DNA from: Takakia lepidozioides | Lineage: Eukaryota > Plantae > Bryophyta | Assembly (NCBI GenBank): GCA_030704615.1 | Contig: CM060731.1 | Span: 82,398,001-82,462,000 of the forward strand | Reading direction: 5' to 3' | Length of the DNA stretch: 64,000 nucleotides | In this document: piece by piece, positions 25,991 to 37,411 of the stretch | Position numbering within the stretch: the first letter of the stretch is position 1 | Layout: each line of letters starts with the position of its first letter | The notes under the pieces: generated by a model | The model's database searches: none | Seen by the model: only the letters and a program-made list of their open reading frames with translations | What the model was told of the DNA's origin: nothing | Made by a program: the position numbers and the translations under genes

Positions 25991-27787
25991 AACTTTGAAA
26001 GTCTCGAGGCTGAGCCAAAAGCCCAGCCCCTTCTGCTCAGTAACCCTCCCCCCCCAACCTTTTTTTGTTTTGTTTTGTTTCGTCATCTCTTCCTCTCTCT
26101 CCCTCTTCCTCTCTCTCTCTCACTTTTGATGTGACATACAAGTTATGGACAACTCTCGACATCTTTCCATTGATCCCACATGACAAGACAGACCATTTTT
26201 CGATCTCCCCACCCTGACCTACCTCTGCTGCTGCTGCTTCAAGCGAGCTGTTGCGGTGTTGTCGCGGCTGCCAACGGCGCGGGTCCCCGCTGCTGCTGCA
26301 GGGCGTCTCTCCCCCGCTCACCACGGCTCTCTCTCTCTTCAGCTCGTTTACATCCCGCCTCTATGCGGCGTTTCTACCACACAAGGGAGAGAGAGATCAG
26401 CCCGTGCTTAGAGCAAGAAAGCAAGAGAGAAAGTGAGGGAGGAGGCGGTGCTTACCTTGGCTGTTGGAGCGGCATTGGGGCTAACTCCTTGGGGCCTTGC
26501 AACCACCTCGGGCTCAGCAGTAGGTGCATTTCTCCTCCACCCTAAATACTCTCTGAACTACCTCTCTCCCAAAGAACAAATGAAAACGGGAGGGGAAGGA
26601 GGTGCTTCAAGCACTTAGGAAAAAAAAGGGCGCGGCGCCTACGTGCGACGCCCGGCCGTCGCATGCCTGCGCCCCGCCCTTTTTTTGAAATGTACAAATG
26701 GTATTCGCGACGGCGGGCCGTCGCTACTTGCGACCCCCGGCCCCATAAATAAATAAAAACATGTCGCCTCCCGCGACGGCTTTCCGTCGCGGGGTGCGAC
26801 CTCAGGCTAAAAATTTGAAAAAAAACGCGTCGCCAAATGCAACGCGAGGGTGTCGCAGGAGGCGACGGCCGGCCTTTTTGGGTTTAGGGTTTAGGGCCTT
26901 TTGGGGTTCTTAGTTTTTATTTTTATTTTGTTTTTTTTCATATGGTACTGGGTTAGGGTGTTTTTTTTTTTTTTATGGTGCTGGGTTTTGGATCGGCAGT
27001 TTGGGTTGTGGGTCTTGGGGTTGAAAGGATAAACGGTGTAACTAGGATTCATATACCCAAAATGTGGTTCAATATGATAAGCGCAAAGCGCTGGGTCTCA
27101 GTAAAATTTTCCATGGTGTGGGCATCCTGAAGATAGAACGTGAGGAAGGATTTATTGTCTTGGGCTTTCTAGCACCATAGGGATGCTCCGCTTTTGGTTA
27201 CCAATTTTGAAAGCCCCAAGGCTGAGGCATAGGGTTTTTTCGCCAACAGTTTTTTGTGAATGTTAATTAGGATGCGATGGTGAAGAAACATCGACCCGTT
27301 TCCCTCGAGGATGGGGAGGTAGTACCGAATATCAATTGTGGCCCTAGAGCGACCGTTTTTCGTGGGGAGGAGCCACCCATTGCACCTGATCCAATACAGG
27401 CTGCCGGGCACAATCGTAGAAGGGACCGGGGCCAAATTTCAGGTGATGCGGAGGATGTTGACACTCCGGGATTGAGTCAGGCACGCCACGGATTGCCCCC
27501 TCGCGGGCCACCCCTGTCCAACCACATCCACCTTTGACCCCCCGACAGGATTGAGTGTTGGTGCACTAAGTGTTGGGAACGGATACCGCCGGGCGGCTCC
27601 AGACCACCGAGGCGGCGACCGCATGTTGTCGAAAAACATTACAAGAAGAACAGGATTGCGGATGCGGCAAAGGTGAGTGTTTTTCCCACCCCTCTCATTA
27701 ACATTCATTTAAGGTACATTTAGGTTTATCTAATAATATAGTATGATTGGTAAGCATACATGAATCCAAATTACGACATAAGTATTG

Positions 27788-28899
27788 ATGCGTCGTTCAC
27801 TACGTATATTGCAGCCACGACTTGATGCCCAAGCTCGTAATCACATTGCACAGGAGGCATTTCGCGCCGGTCTACTTGCAGAATTTGTGCCAGAGCATGT
27901 GCCCGATGTGACCAATTGGTTCCCCCAGCAACACGTAGATGATCGTAGGTGTCATAGGCTTTATGGCTGGCGACAAGCAGGCCCCCCCCCCCCCCCCTCC
28001 AGTTTCCTCAGGCGGTCCCCCTGATCCAGTGTCCTCATCTGATGATTCTCCGCACCGTACATATAGTAGCAGTTTGCAGGCCGATTGTGCCCCCCCCACC
28101 CCCGTCTGTTTCTTTGCCTGATCCACCTCCGGTAGTACCTGATCCGGACGTTGTACCCCCGGCTGCACCTCCGGCATTACATCCTCAACCACCTCCACCT
28201 CCACCTCCACGTGCATGTGCCCCCCGAACCTCTAGGAGGGGTCGGCTTTGCCCTAGGTTTCTTCCCCTTAGGCTTGGGCGGCCTGAGCTGGATCCTCGGC
28301 CCCGATGGGAAGCGCATAGGACTATGTTACTGAGGACCATCCAGCCTCGTTGATGGGGGAATCATCTCGACCCTCCCACCCCCATCCGAGAGAATGTGTA
28401 TTGGGGGAGACGGTATGTTGTGAGAGCCGCTACAGACCCTGCTATGGGTCAGGGTTTATTCACGGTCAATGATATTGTGGTTCCTCCTCGGAGAAACAGC
28501 ATGGTTGATTTGTTTCCCTACTACGGTCCATACTATACCTCCGCGGAGTTCCGTACATTACGCCTCAAAGCCCCATACATCCTACCCTACATTTTGTGTG
28601 TCAACGGACAGGATGTACGTAGACGGAGGTTGTCTCCCATTGAGATAAGATTTTGTGATGGTGACCCCGACATCTTCGGCAATGTAGCTGGGTTGGTCAA
28701 CAGTTCTTTTGGTCATCCTAGGAGAACCAATGTAGTATGGGACAAGCGAAGCGATGGGCATGAGAGCTTTTGTGGTCATACGTCGGTATACTGTGAGGGG
28801 ATGCACATGTTTGTGATGACATGTGCTAGTAGGACTATTAGGGCTGGCAGCGAACTATTTGCATCATACGAGTTCTCCCGGGATGATTGGGACCTCTGA
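27788..28899 (+). pseudogene. Proline-rich protein with C-terminal SET domain (SET at ~28410-28872)
   Basis: SET motifs in order: GQGLF (motif I), PYYG (II), GNVAGLVNSS (III, canonical RFINHS), IRAGSELFASYE (IV, canonical IxxGEELxxDY). ORFs 28042-28353 and 28396-28899 share a frame and are separated by one TGA. The upstream ORF 27788-28024 joins through a poly-C frameshift. Confidence 0.8.
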
Positions 28900-30438
28900 T
28901 TACAACGTGAGTGGGATGTGTATGATAGAAATAGGGTTCCTTTGAGACAGGGATCGCGTAGAGGGGCATTGTAGATATTCTCATGATGTACTTTGTATAC
29001 ATCCGATTGATCGATTGATGTAAATATTTTTCTTGTAGCTCGTGTGGGTTGCAACTTTGCATATGTGATCTAAACATACTTATGCACATGTGGACCAAAT
29101 ATGAGCTTGAACCAAGTTGATTCAATGAGTCATTCTAGTGTTGAACACAGCTACGTGTCGTAGACACGGAAAATTACGTTTCGCCTGCACATGATTTTTA
29201 TTTTTTTTTCCATTTTCAAGCCATATGCTTAATGATAGCATATGCAATGTGCGTGCAAAATTTGGGAGTAAACAAAAGTCATTTGGACCCATAACCATAT
29301 TTTGTTCTCTCATTTGCACTCCAAAGTTGAGTTATCTTCAACTTCATGCACTCTTAATAAACAAAAATTGGTTGATAGGGTGAACGCGTCCTTGGGGGGG
29401 CAAATGATTTTGTTTGGGTTTGAAACTTTGCATGCGTGACGTTGCGCACATACATGTAATTATTGAATGACATATTTGATGCATGCACACATTGAAGGTT
29501 GTTATTTGCATTTCGCTTATAATGAGTTGTATGGTTGCAATGAGACATTATAATATATGTCCCTATGTTCATTTGTTCGTATCAGGACTTTGTCCATCCC
29601 TTCCCGGTCCTTTCTCTTGGCACCCCATCCGAAAACAACCCAAGTACATCAGGCGGGAGCCGTGGATGAGACGTCGCCCCCATGGTACCGGACGATGATG
29701 ACGATGACAGTGACAGTGACAGTGACAACAACAATGAGCATGGAATTAACCAGGAGGATGTGCAAGCCATGTAGGATCTCTTCATGCATCATGTGGGCGC
29801 TGATGCATCCCATGGAGAGGGAACCCGGCCAATCGATGATCCTGAAATGGCCCCCTCAAATGACATGGAGAGGGAGGAAATAACTCTTTTGTACGAAGGG
29901 GCGAAAGTGAGTCGACTGTCAACAATCTTACTTTTGCTCAATCTTCAAATTTGATTTGGCATAAATAATGTTGGGATGTCTGCCATAATGCGAACTATTG
30001 CAGACTATATCCTTGTTCCACACTTGAAACCCAAGATACCACGGTCGCGGAAAGAGGCGCGCGAAGTCTTGGACTCTCTGGGTATGGGCTAAAAGATTTT
30101 TCATGCATGTCCATGTGATAAAACCCTATACTACGGAGAGGATTCGCGTCTCACCAAGTGCCCAAAGTGCAAGAAAGACCGATATCGGGATGTTGTCCAA
30201 GGGAAAAAAGTACCACGCAAGGTATAAGCGTCATTCCCCCTCACATGGAAATTACTTTCTCTAATCTTCTCAATGCATGTAAAGTGTATTCCACAAAGTT
30301 TAGGGTTTAGAGAGTAGTACTCATGCAAGATCTGATTGTGGTTTTGGAAGGAGTGAGTGAGGAGTGGAAGGAACGACATTCGGTTTTGACCATTCACGCC
30401 CAAATGAGGGAGAGGCTGCATAAAGGGAAAGGCATAAG

Positions 30439-31163
30439 TGTCGCGGCCCTTTGCCTTGAGGGCAGGGGGGTCGGGACACAAGAGGGGCTGCCCCTGTGGT
30501 GGGGGCAGTAGTAGCGATAGGTACGGGGGCTGAAGCACCCTTGAGTGCCCAAGGCACTCAAGGAGGCGGAGGCGCTCACTAGGTGGAGCCCCGCACACCG
30601 GGTTGCGGTGGGGGTGGCTCCACAAGGGTTGGTGGTAGCTTAGCGGGACTTAGTGGGGGTGGCATAGGACTCACCATGGGGTGGAGACCTCGAGGTGGGA
30701 GTCGTGGGGAGTCTTGGGACTCATCACGGTCCATTGGGGCCGCGGTGAGTGGGCCAAGACTCACCGCGACTCACCACCGGGAATCGAGGGTCTTCGTGGT
30801 GGTTCGCCATAAAATGGCATGGCTGGTTGTGAAACCCCCGCGGACAGCTACAGAAGTATATATAGGGAGTAGTAACCCTGAGAACGGTGCAAGCCGTTGG
30901 TGACCAAAAACTAGTGAGTAAGCGAGCGAGCCGGAAAGCGACCAAAGAGTGGGGAGCTGTTCCGGACTGCCAACTACAAAAAGGAATTCCCGCTGGTTCC
31001 AAAGCGGTGGAGGGTTCTTTGGGAGAACAAAGGGGGACCGTTATGCCCCGGTGAGCAGCCGAAGCTCCAAGTTGGCCCGGCGGCCAGGTTGGGAGTCAGG
31101 CGCGCGCATCAAAGCGAGTAACTATGACTTGAGGGGGAGCTTACCGAAGGGAGGTGCGCGACA
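30439..31163 (+). repeat. 5' LTR
   Basis: 725 bp, nearly identical to 36686-37411. Confidence 0.97.
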
Positions 31164-31165
31164 CT

Positions 31166-31177
31166 TGGTATCAGAGC
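31166..31177 (+). promoter_or_regulatory. Primer binding site (initiator tRNA-Met)
   Basis: TGGTATCAGAGC, two bases after the LTR end. Confidence 0.95.
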
Positions 31178-31218
31178 TTAGAGTTCAGTACGCGATCGTC
31201 CTTGAGATTGGCCTCATC

Positions 31219-34200
31219 ATGGGGTCGGGCAAGCCAAAGCGAAAGCGGAACGGCCCAAAAGATGATGATCCTGGTGAGCCCGATGGGGGCGACATGTCAC
31301 CGAGGCGGCCGTTTGAGGAAGCGATGAATGTTTCCGAAAACGAGGCCGCTCAGGAGCGGGAGGAATCCGAGGAGTCGGAGCCCGAGGAATCCTTGAGAGC
31401 TCTGACAAACCAAGAGATGCCTCCCATGCCGGCAGCCTTTTGGGAAGGGTTGTTGGCGCAGTTTGGTGGGACGTTGAAAGACGTATTGAAGGCGGCTAAT
31501 GCCACTTTCACTAAGGCAAAGTTTAAGGTGAAGCCTAAGGAACCCGGCACCTTCGAGGGCGTTCAAAATCGGAAGGCACTCAACACCTGGCTCCTAGAGC
31601 TAGAGCAGTACTTCCGGGCGGCCAAGTTGAGTGACGAGGATCGGGTGGAAGTGGCTCCCACCTATTTGAGGGCTATGCTCAACAATGGTGGCAGAAACGC
31701 CTTCACGACCGAGGCCCAAGCCCGGAAACCTTGAACTGGAGTGGGTTCAAGGAATTGATGAAGAGACAGTTTGTGCCCCTCAACGCATCCTGGCTTGCCC
31801 GGGACAAGATGAGGAATTTGAAGCAAACAGATGACATTCGGGGGGTATGTCCAGGCTTTCAATGTGCTGTTGCTCGAAGTCGCGGACATGGTAGAACCAG
31901 AAATGGTCTTCAACTTTGTGGCGGGACTGGCCCCATGGGCCAGGCGGAAGTTGGAGGAGAAGCCACCCAAGACTTTGAACGAGGCAATTGAGAGGGCTGA
32001 ATGTTTCTCGGATGTCCCTAAGGGTGAGAGACAAGGCCGTACGGAGCTGAACCACAAGAAGACCCGGCGGGAAGGTGACTCCTTCCGACCGGAAAAGAAG
32101 TGGGATAGGCCACGCGGCAACAATGGCACGTGGAAATCGAAGGGAGGACCTTCACACGTCAAGGCGGCACCCGGTGCTTTGAAAGGAAAAGCGGGTGGAG
32201 CGGCTTATGGCGGACAGAAGGCGACCTTTGATGGAGTGTGTTTCAATTGCGGGGAGCCCGGGCACATGGCCAAGAAGTGCACAAAACCTCGTCAATTGAA
32301 CATGACTCGGGCAACCACGAAGCTGTCGGAAGATACCATCAGTCGCTTGGTGGAAGCGGTGGTCGCCAGGACTTGCAAGATAGGCAACTATTCTTGTGAG
32401 TTGTATCAGGAAACTGGCGCCCTGCGTAAAGGGAGTCAGTTATTGTTCGTGGATGGGATAATATCCGGAACTAACGTGTCGTTGTTGGTGAACACAGGAG
32501 CGTCGCACTCCTTCATGACGCCGGTGGCGGCGCGAAAGTTGGGACTCCCGACAAGTGACATGGGGGCCTCTATTGAGGTGCGCTCTACCAAAAGAGAACC
32601 TCAGTTGGCGACAAGGTTGGCGTTTGATGTTCCTCTTCAACTGGGGAGTTGGGAGGGACGTGAGAACTTCACCATCTGCGAGATCGATGGAGTGGATCTC
32701 ATTTTGGGGATGACCTTTTTGAGCAAATCCGGAGCGGTCATAGATGGCCGCAAGAGAGTAGTCACGCTGCCATGTGGGAATGGTGGCAAGGTTTTACGAG
32801 TGTCGGAAACGCCCAAATCCGTGGGAGGGCGAATAAACCTTCTGTCAGCAAAGGAGTGGGTCGTGGAGGAGGCACATGAGTCCCAGTTTTTGTTTTACAT
32901 TAGAGAGGTGAAAGGAGAAGGCGATGGGGAGCCGAGCCCAGATTGGATCAAGGGGATTTTGGAGAAATACCAGGATGTGATGCCGGAGGATTTACCAAGC
33001 GGCTTGCCACCGCAAAGAGGAGTTGACCACAAGATTGAGGTGATACCGGGATCGGAACCGCCTACCAAGGCACCCTACCGGTTGAGCCACAGAGAGTTGG
33101 TCAAGCTGAAGACTCAGCTCAAGGATCTAATGTCAAAGGGGTACATCCGGCCGAGTAAGTCACCTTACGGAGCCCCGGTGCTATTCGCAGACAAGAAGGA
33201 TGGGACGCTGCGGATGTGTGTCGATTACAGGGCTTTGAATAAGGTGACTATTAAAAATCGGTACCCTTTGCCAAGGATCAACGACCTTTTCGACCGGTTG
33301 GCAGGAGCGAAGTATTTCAACCGGATCGACTTGCGCTCCGGCTATCATCAAATTCGAGTGGCGGAAGGAGATGAGGAGAAGACCGCGTGCAGGACAAGGT
33401 ATGGTTCATATGAGTTCTTGGTGATGCCTTTTGGGCTCACTAATGCACCGGCGACCTTTAGCACGCTGATGAACAGCCTTTTTCAGGAGTGGTTGGATGA
33501 CTTTGTGATCGTGTACATCGACGACATCTTGGTGTACTCGAAAACAAAGGAGGAACACCTGGAGCACCTCAAAAGGGTGTTCCAAAAGTTGCGGGAAGGG
33601 AAGCTGTACGCCAAAGCTTCAAAGTGCGAATTCGGGGTCACAAAAGTGGAGTTCTTGGGGCATGTGATTACACAGGATGGGATCAAAATGGATGACAGAA
33701 AGGTGAGGGCGATCTTGGACTGAGAGCCTCCGACTTCGGTCCCGGGAGTGCGATCCTTCCTAGGACTCGCCTCCTATTACCGGAAGTATGTGAGAAATTT
33801 CGCCAAGATCGCGGGGCCGCTGTCGGACCTTCTGTGTAAATCCAAAGTCTGGGTATGGAACACATTTTGTGGCCAAGCTTTTGCTGAATTGAAGCAGCGG
33901 ATGGCGGAAGCTCCAGTCTTGAAAATCTCGGAGTTCGATCGTCCATTTGAGATTCATACAGATGCGTCGGACTTCGCGATTGGGGGTGTACTTATGCAAG
34001 ATGAACGTCCAGTGGCTTACGAAAGTAAGAAACTGAATGAAGTGGAGCGACGGTGGTCGACGCACGAAAAAGAGATGAAGGCGGTGGTGCACTGTCTTGA
34101 GCTTTGGCGCCACTATGTTGGTTCCAACCCAGTGAAGGTGTTCACGGACAATGTCACGGTGAAGTATTTTGCCACGTAGCCCAAGTTGTCCCCAAAACAA

Positions 34201-35779
34201 CTTAGGTGGCAAGATACTTTGGCGGTGTTCGACGTGGATATCCAGTACAAACCGGGACGAGACAACGTGGTGGCCGATGCTTTAAGTAGAAAGCAGCAGC
34301 TCTTGTTGGTGTACAAGGGCGAGACGACGCTCCAAAGGAAGATCCGGAGGGCTTACCGGAAGGATGAGCTGGCGAAGTCCGTGATGCAGGACTTGAGGAT
34401 GGGGGTTAAATCGCAGTTCCACTTGCAAAATGGACTGCTCCGGTATAAGCAAAAACGTCTCTACGTGCCAAAGGGAGGGATCAGAGATAGCCTCTTGAGA
34501 GAATGCCATGATAGCCCGCTTGCGGGCCACGGCGGAGCCAAGCGCACTGCGGCACTCTTGAAGAAAGAGTATTTCTGGCCCAAACTGAGGGAGGAGGCAG
34601 AGGAGTATGTCAAGACATGCACCACATGCCAACAAAACCGGAGCGAGTACAAAAAGCAAGCGGGGCTGTTACAACCCTTGCTGATTCCAGAGGGGACTTG
34701 GGAAAGCGTCTCGATGGATTTCATGACTGCTATGCCGCTGTCAAAAGGATTCGATGCAATCATGGTGGTGGTGGATAGGTTCAGTAAAATGGGCCATTTC
34801 ATCCCCACCAAGGAGACGGCAACGGCGCAGGAGACAGGGCGACTTTACTTCGCCCATGTCTTAAAGCATCATGGAGTCCTGAAGGATATTGTCTCGGATC
34901 GCGATCCAAAGTTTACGAGTAAATTTTGGAGGACACTTTGGAAGAAGATGGGGACGAGGCTGAAGATGAGCACCGCCTTCCGACCTACGACGGACGGCCA
35001 AACGGAAAGAGTGAATTCCGTAGTGAAGCAATTCTTGCGGAATTACGTGTCGGCAGACCAATCCGACTGGATGGAACACTTAGACGCGGCAGAGTTCTGT
35101 TATGATAACACAGAACACTCCGCAACGGGAGTTTCCCCTTTCGTATTGGTCTATGGAAAAGCACCTCTGGTGCCGACAAGTTGGGCCGCCCAGGACGTTG
35201 AGGAACCGGCAGTAGCGGCGGTACTGGAAGAACGCGAGCGTTTGTTGAAGCTCGCAAAGTACAACATTGCCAAAGCTAGGAAACGGTATGAAAGGCAGGC
35301 GAATCGGAAGCGGAGGGAAGTGAAGTTTGAGGCAGGCACAGAGGTCTGGTTGAACATCAAGAATTTTCGACTACCTCCGGAAGTGAGTCCGAAGTTCGAA
35401 CCTCCGTATGCGGGACCCTTTCGCATTCGGAAGGTTATGAATGAGGATGTGTATGAATTGGAGCTGCCGGCAAACAGCAAGGTGCACCCAGTATTCCATG
35501 TCTCCCTTTTGAAGCCTTACTTCAAAGATGAAGCGCGTCCGAATCGACATCAAGTGTTGCGTCCGCCACCTATGCTGTTGGATCATGAAAAAACCTGAGT
35601 ACGAGGTGGAGGCAATACTTAAGTCGAGGAGGTTCAAGAACCGAGAAACGGAGTATCTCGTCAAATGGAATGGCTATCATCATGTGGAGGCATCTTGGGT
35701 GCGTGCCTCAGAAATGGGAAACGCATCCGAGGCGGTTGCAGCTTTCGAAGGGCGATCTCAAAAGCGGAAGAAACGTTGA
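31219..35779 (+). pseudogene. gag-pol polyprotein with chromodomain, disrupted
   Basis: [14 protein letters not shown] knuckle; protease [10 protein letters not shown] (D>N); RT YIDDIL; RNase H TDAS; integrase HHCC and SMDF/SDRD/DGQTER; chromodomain EYEVEAIL...EYLVKWNGY...ASW. Frameshifts at ~31671, ~31842 and ~35590; stops at 33721 and 34177. Confidence 0.96.
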
Positions 35780-36670
35780 TGGGGACATCAACCTTGGAGC
35801 GTGGGGGAGGAAATGCATGCTTAGCCCGGCTTAGCTAGCTTAGGAATCCAATTACAAAAACTTGTATTGTACAAAAATTTGTTATAAAGGAAATGGGTTC
35901 CAAATGTTGTGCGTCCTATTTTGTTTGGAATGGTGATGCATGGTATGGTTGGCTAGTGTGTAGAATGCATGCTAGCTTATAAAAGTGGGAGAGGTAAATT
36001 GGGTTAATCGTGTGTTTGCGTAGTGCCAAAATCGGGTGACCCCCATCCAAGGGGCAAGGAAACTTGCGACTTCTTTGGGAGTTCACGTGCTAGTGCGCAC
36101 CTGGCGCGTGCGCGTACTATAACTGCGCTACCGAGGGGGTTGCCTTGTAGTGCGGGCTAACGCGGAAGCTACGTGCTTCCATTCACGTACTATAATCGTG
36201 TAGCCTCGGGACGAAGTCGTAGTGCGGCTTCGGCGTGTTCCCGTACCTCAGGCCAGCATTCCAAGGCGGACCCAATTGTAGTGATTGGGGCGCACGGTTG
36301 GTTCAAGGTTATCTTCCTAGTCAAAGAGGGTTCCAGGTGAACCCTTGCTCAAGGTGATGCCAAAAGCGGCATCATGAGCGGTCGCAAGCAATGTTGTTGC
36401 AGTAAGGCGATTCGATCCTCAAGGAGGATCGTTCCTTGGCCTTGAAGTAGGCCAAGAAGAGTGCACTGGGAGGAGCTTGAGAGGCTCCACCCTTGGCCGG
36501 GACTTGGAGGAAGTCGGCCGAACTAGCTAGTGGAGAGTAGAGTCAAGTGTGGGGTTTGGTTCTTTGCCATGGGACGCCATGGTACGGAAACAAACTCCTT
36601 GATGTGGGACGCCACAACTTGGATGTTCGTTTCTACAAAATGAACAAGTCGATGAGGACATCGACTCCCT

Positions 36671-36685
36671 GTTGGTAGGGGTGTG
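36671..36685 (+). promoter_or_regulatory. Polypurine-tract position (G-rich)
   Basis: GTTGGTAGGGGTGTG immediately precedes the 3' LTR. Confidence 0.65.
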
Positions 36686-37411
36686 TGTCGCGGCCCTTTG
36701 CCTTGAGGGCAGGGGGGTCGGGACACAAGAGGGGCTGCCCCTGTGGTGGGGGCAGTAGTAGCGATAGGTACGGGGGCTGAAGCACCCTTGAGTGCCCAAG
36801 GCACTCAAGGAGGCGGAGGCGCTCACTAGGTGGAGCCCCGCACACCGGGTTGCGGTGGGGGTGGCTCCACAAGGGTTGGTGGTAGCTTAGCGGGACTTAG
36901 TGGGGGTGGCATAGGACTCACCATGGGGTGGAGACCTCGAGGTGGGAGTCGTGGGGAGTCTTGGGACTCATCACGGTCCATTGGGGCCGCGGTGAGTGGG
37001 CCAAGACTCACCGCGACTCACCACCGGGAATCGAGGGTCTTCGTGGTGGTTCGCCATAAAATGGCATGGCTGGTTGTGAAACCCCCGCGGACAGCTACAG
37101 AAGTATATATAGGGAGTAGTAACCCTGAGAACGGTGCAAGCCCGTTGGTGACCAAAAACTAGTGAGTAAGCGAGCGAGCCGGAAAGCGACCAAAGAGTGG
37201 GGAGCTGTTTTGGACTGCCAACTACAAAAAAGAATTCCCGCTGGTTCCAAAGCGGTGGAGGGTTCTTTGGGAGAACAAAGGGGGACCGTTATGCCCCGGT
37301 GAGCAGCCGAAGCTCCAAGTTGGCCCGGCGGCCAGGTTGGGAGTCAGGCGCGCGCATCAAAGCGAGTAACTATGACTTGAGGGGGAGCTTACCGAAGGGA
37401 GGTGCGCGACA
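36686..37411 (+). repeat. 3' LTR
   Basis: 726 bp, TG...CA, followed by the TSD. Confidence 0.97.

Larger units (their letters stand above)
30439..37411 (+). mobile_element. Full-length Ty3/gypsy chromovirus LTR retrotransposon, TSD ATAAG
   Basis: ATAAG at 30434-30438 and 37412-37416. LTRs at 30439-31163 and 36686-37411 (TG...CA). PBS, gag-PR-RT-RH-INT-chromodomain order, and a G-rich PPT. Confidence 0.98.

Noticed and set aside
26612-26630. CACTTAGGAAAAAAAAGGG as the true left TIR of CACTA-1 or CACTA-2
   Set aside because: It is not CACTA/CACTG, the flanking 3-mers do not match either right end (AAG versus CCC or TTC), and alignment with the right arm suggests ~100 bp of the left end is missing.
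36110-36235. Possible hammerhead ribozyme in the gypsy 3' UTR (two GTACTATAA...GTAGTGC stems, GACGAAG)
   Set aside because: No CUGANGA/GAAA catalytic core is present.
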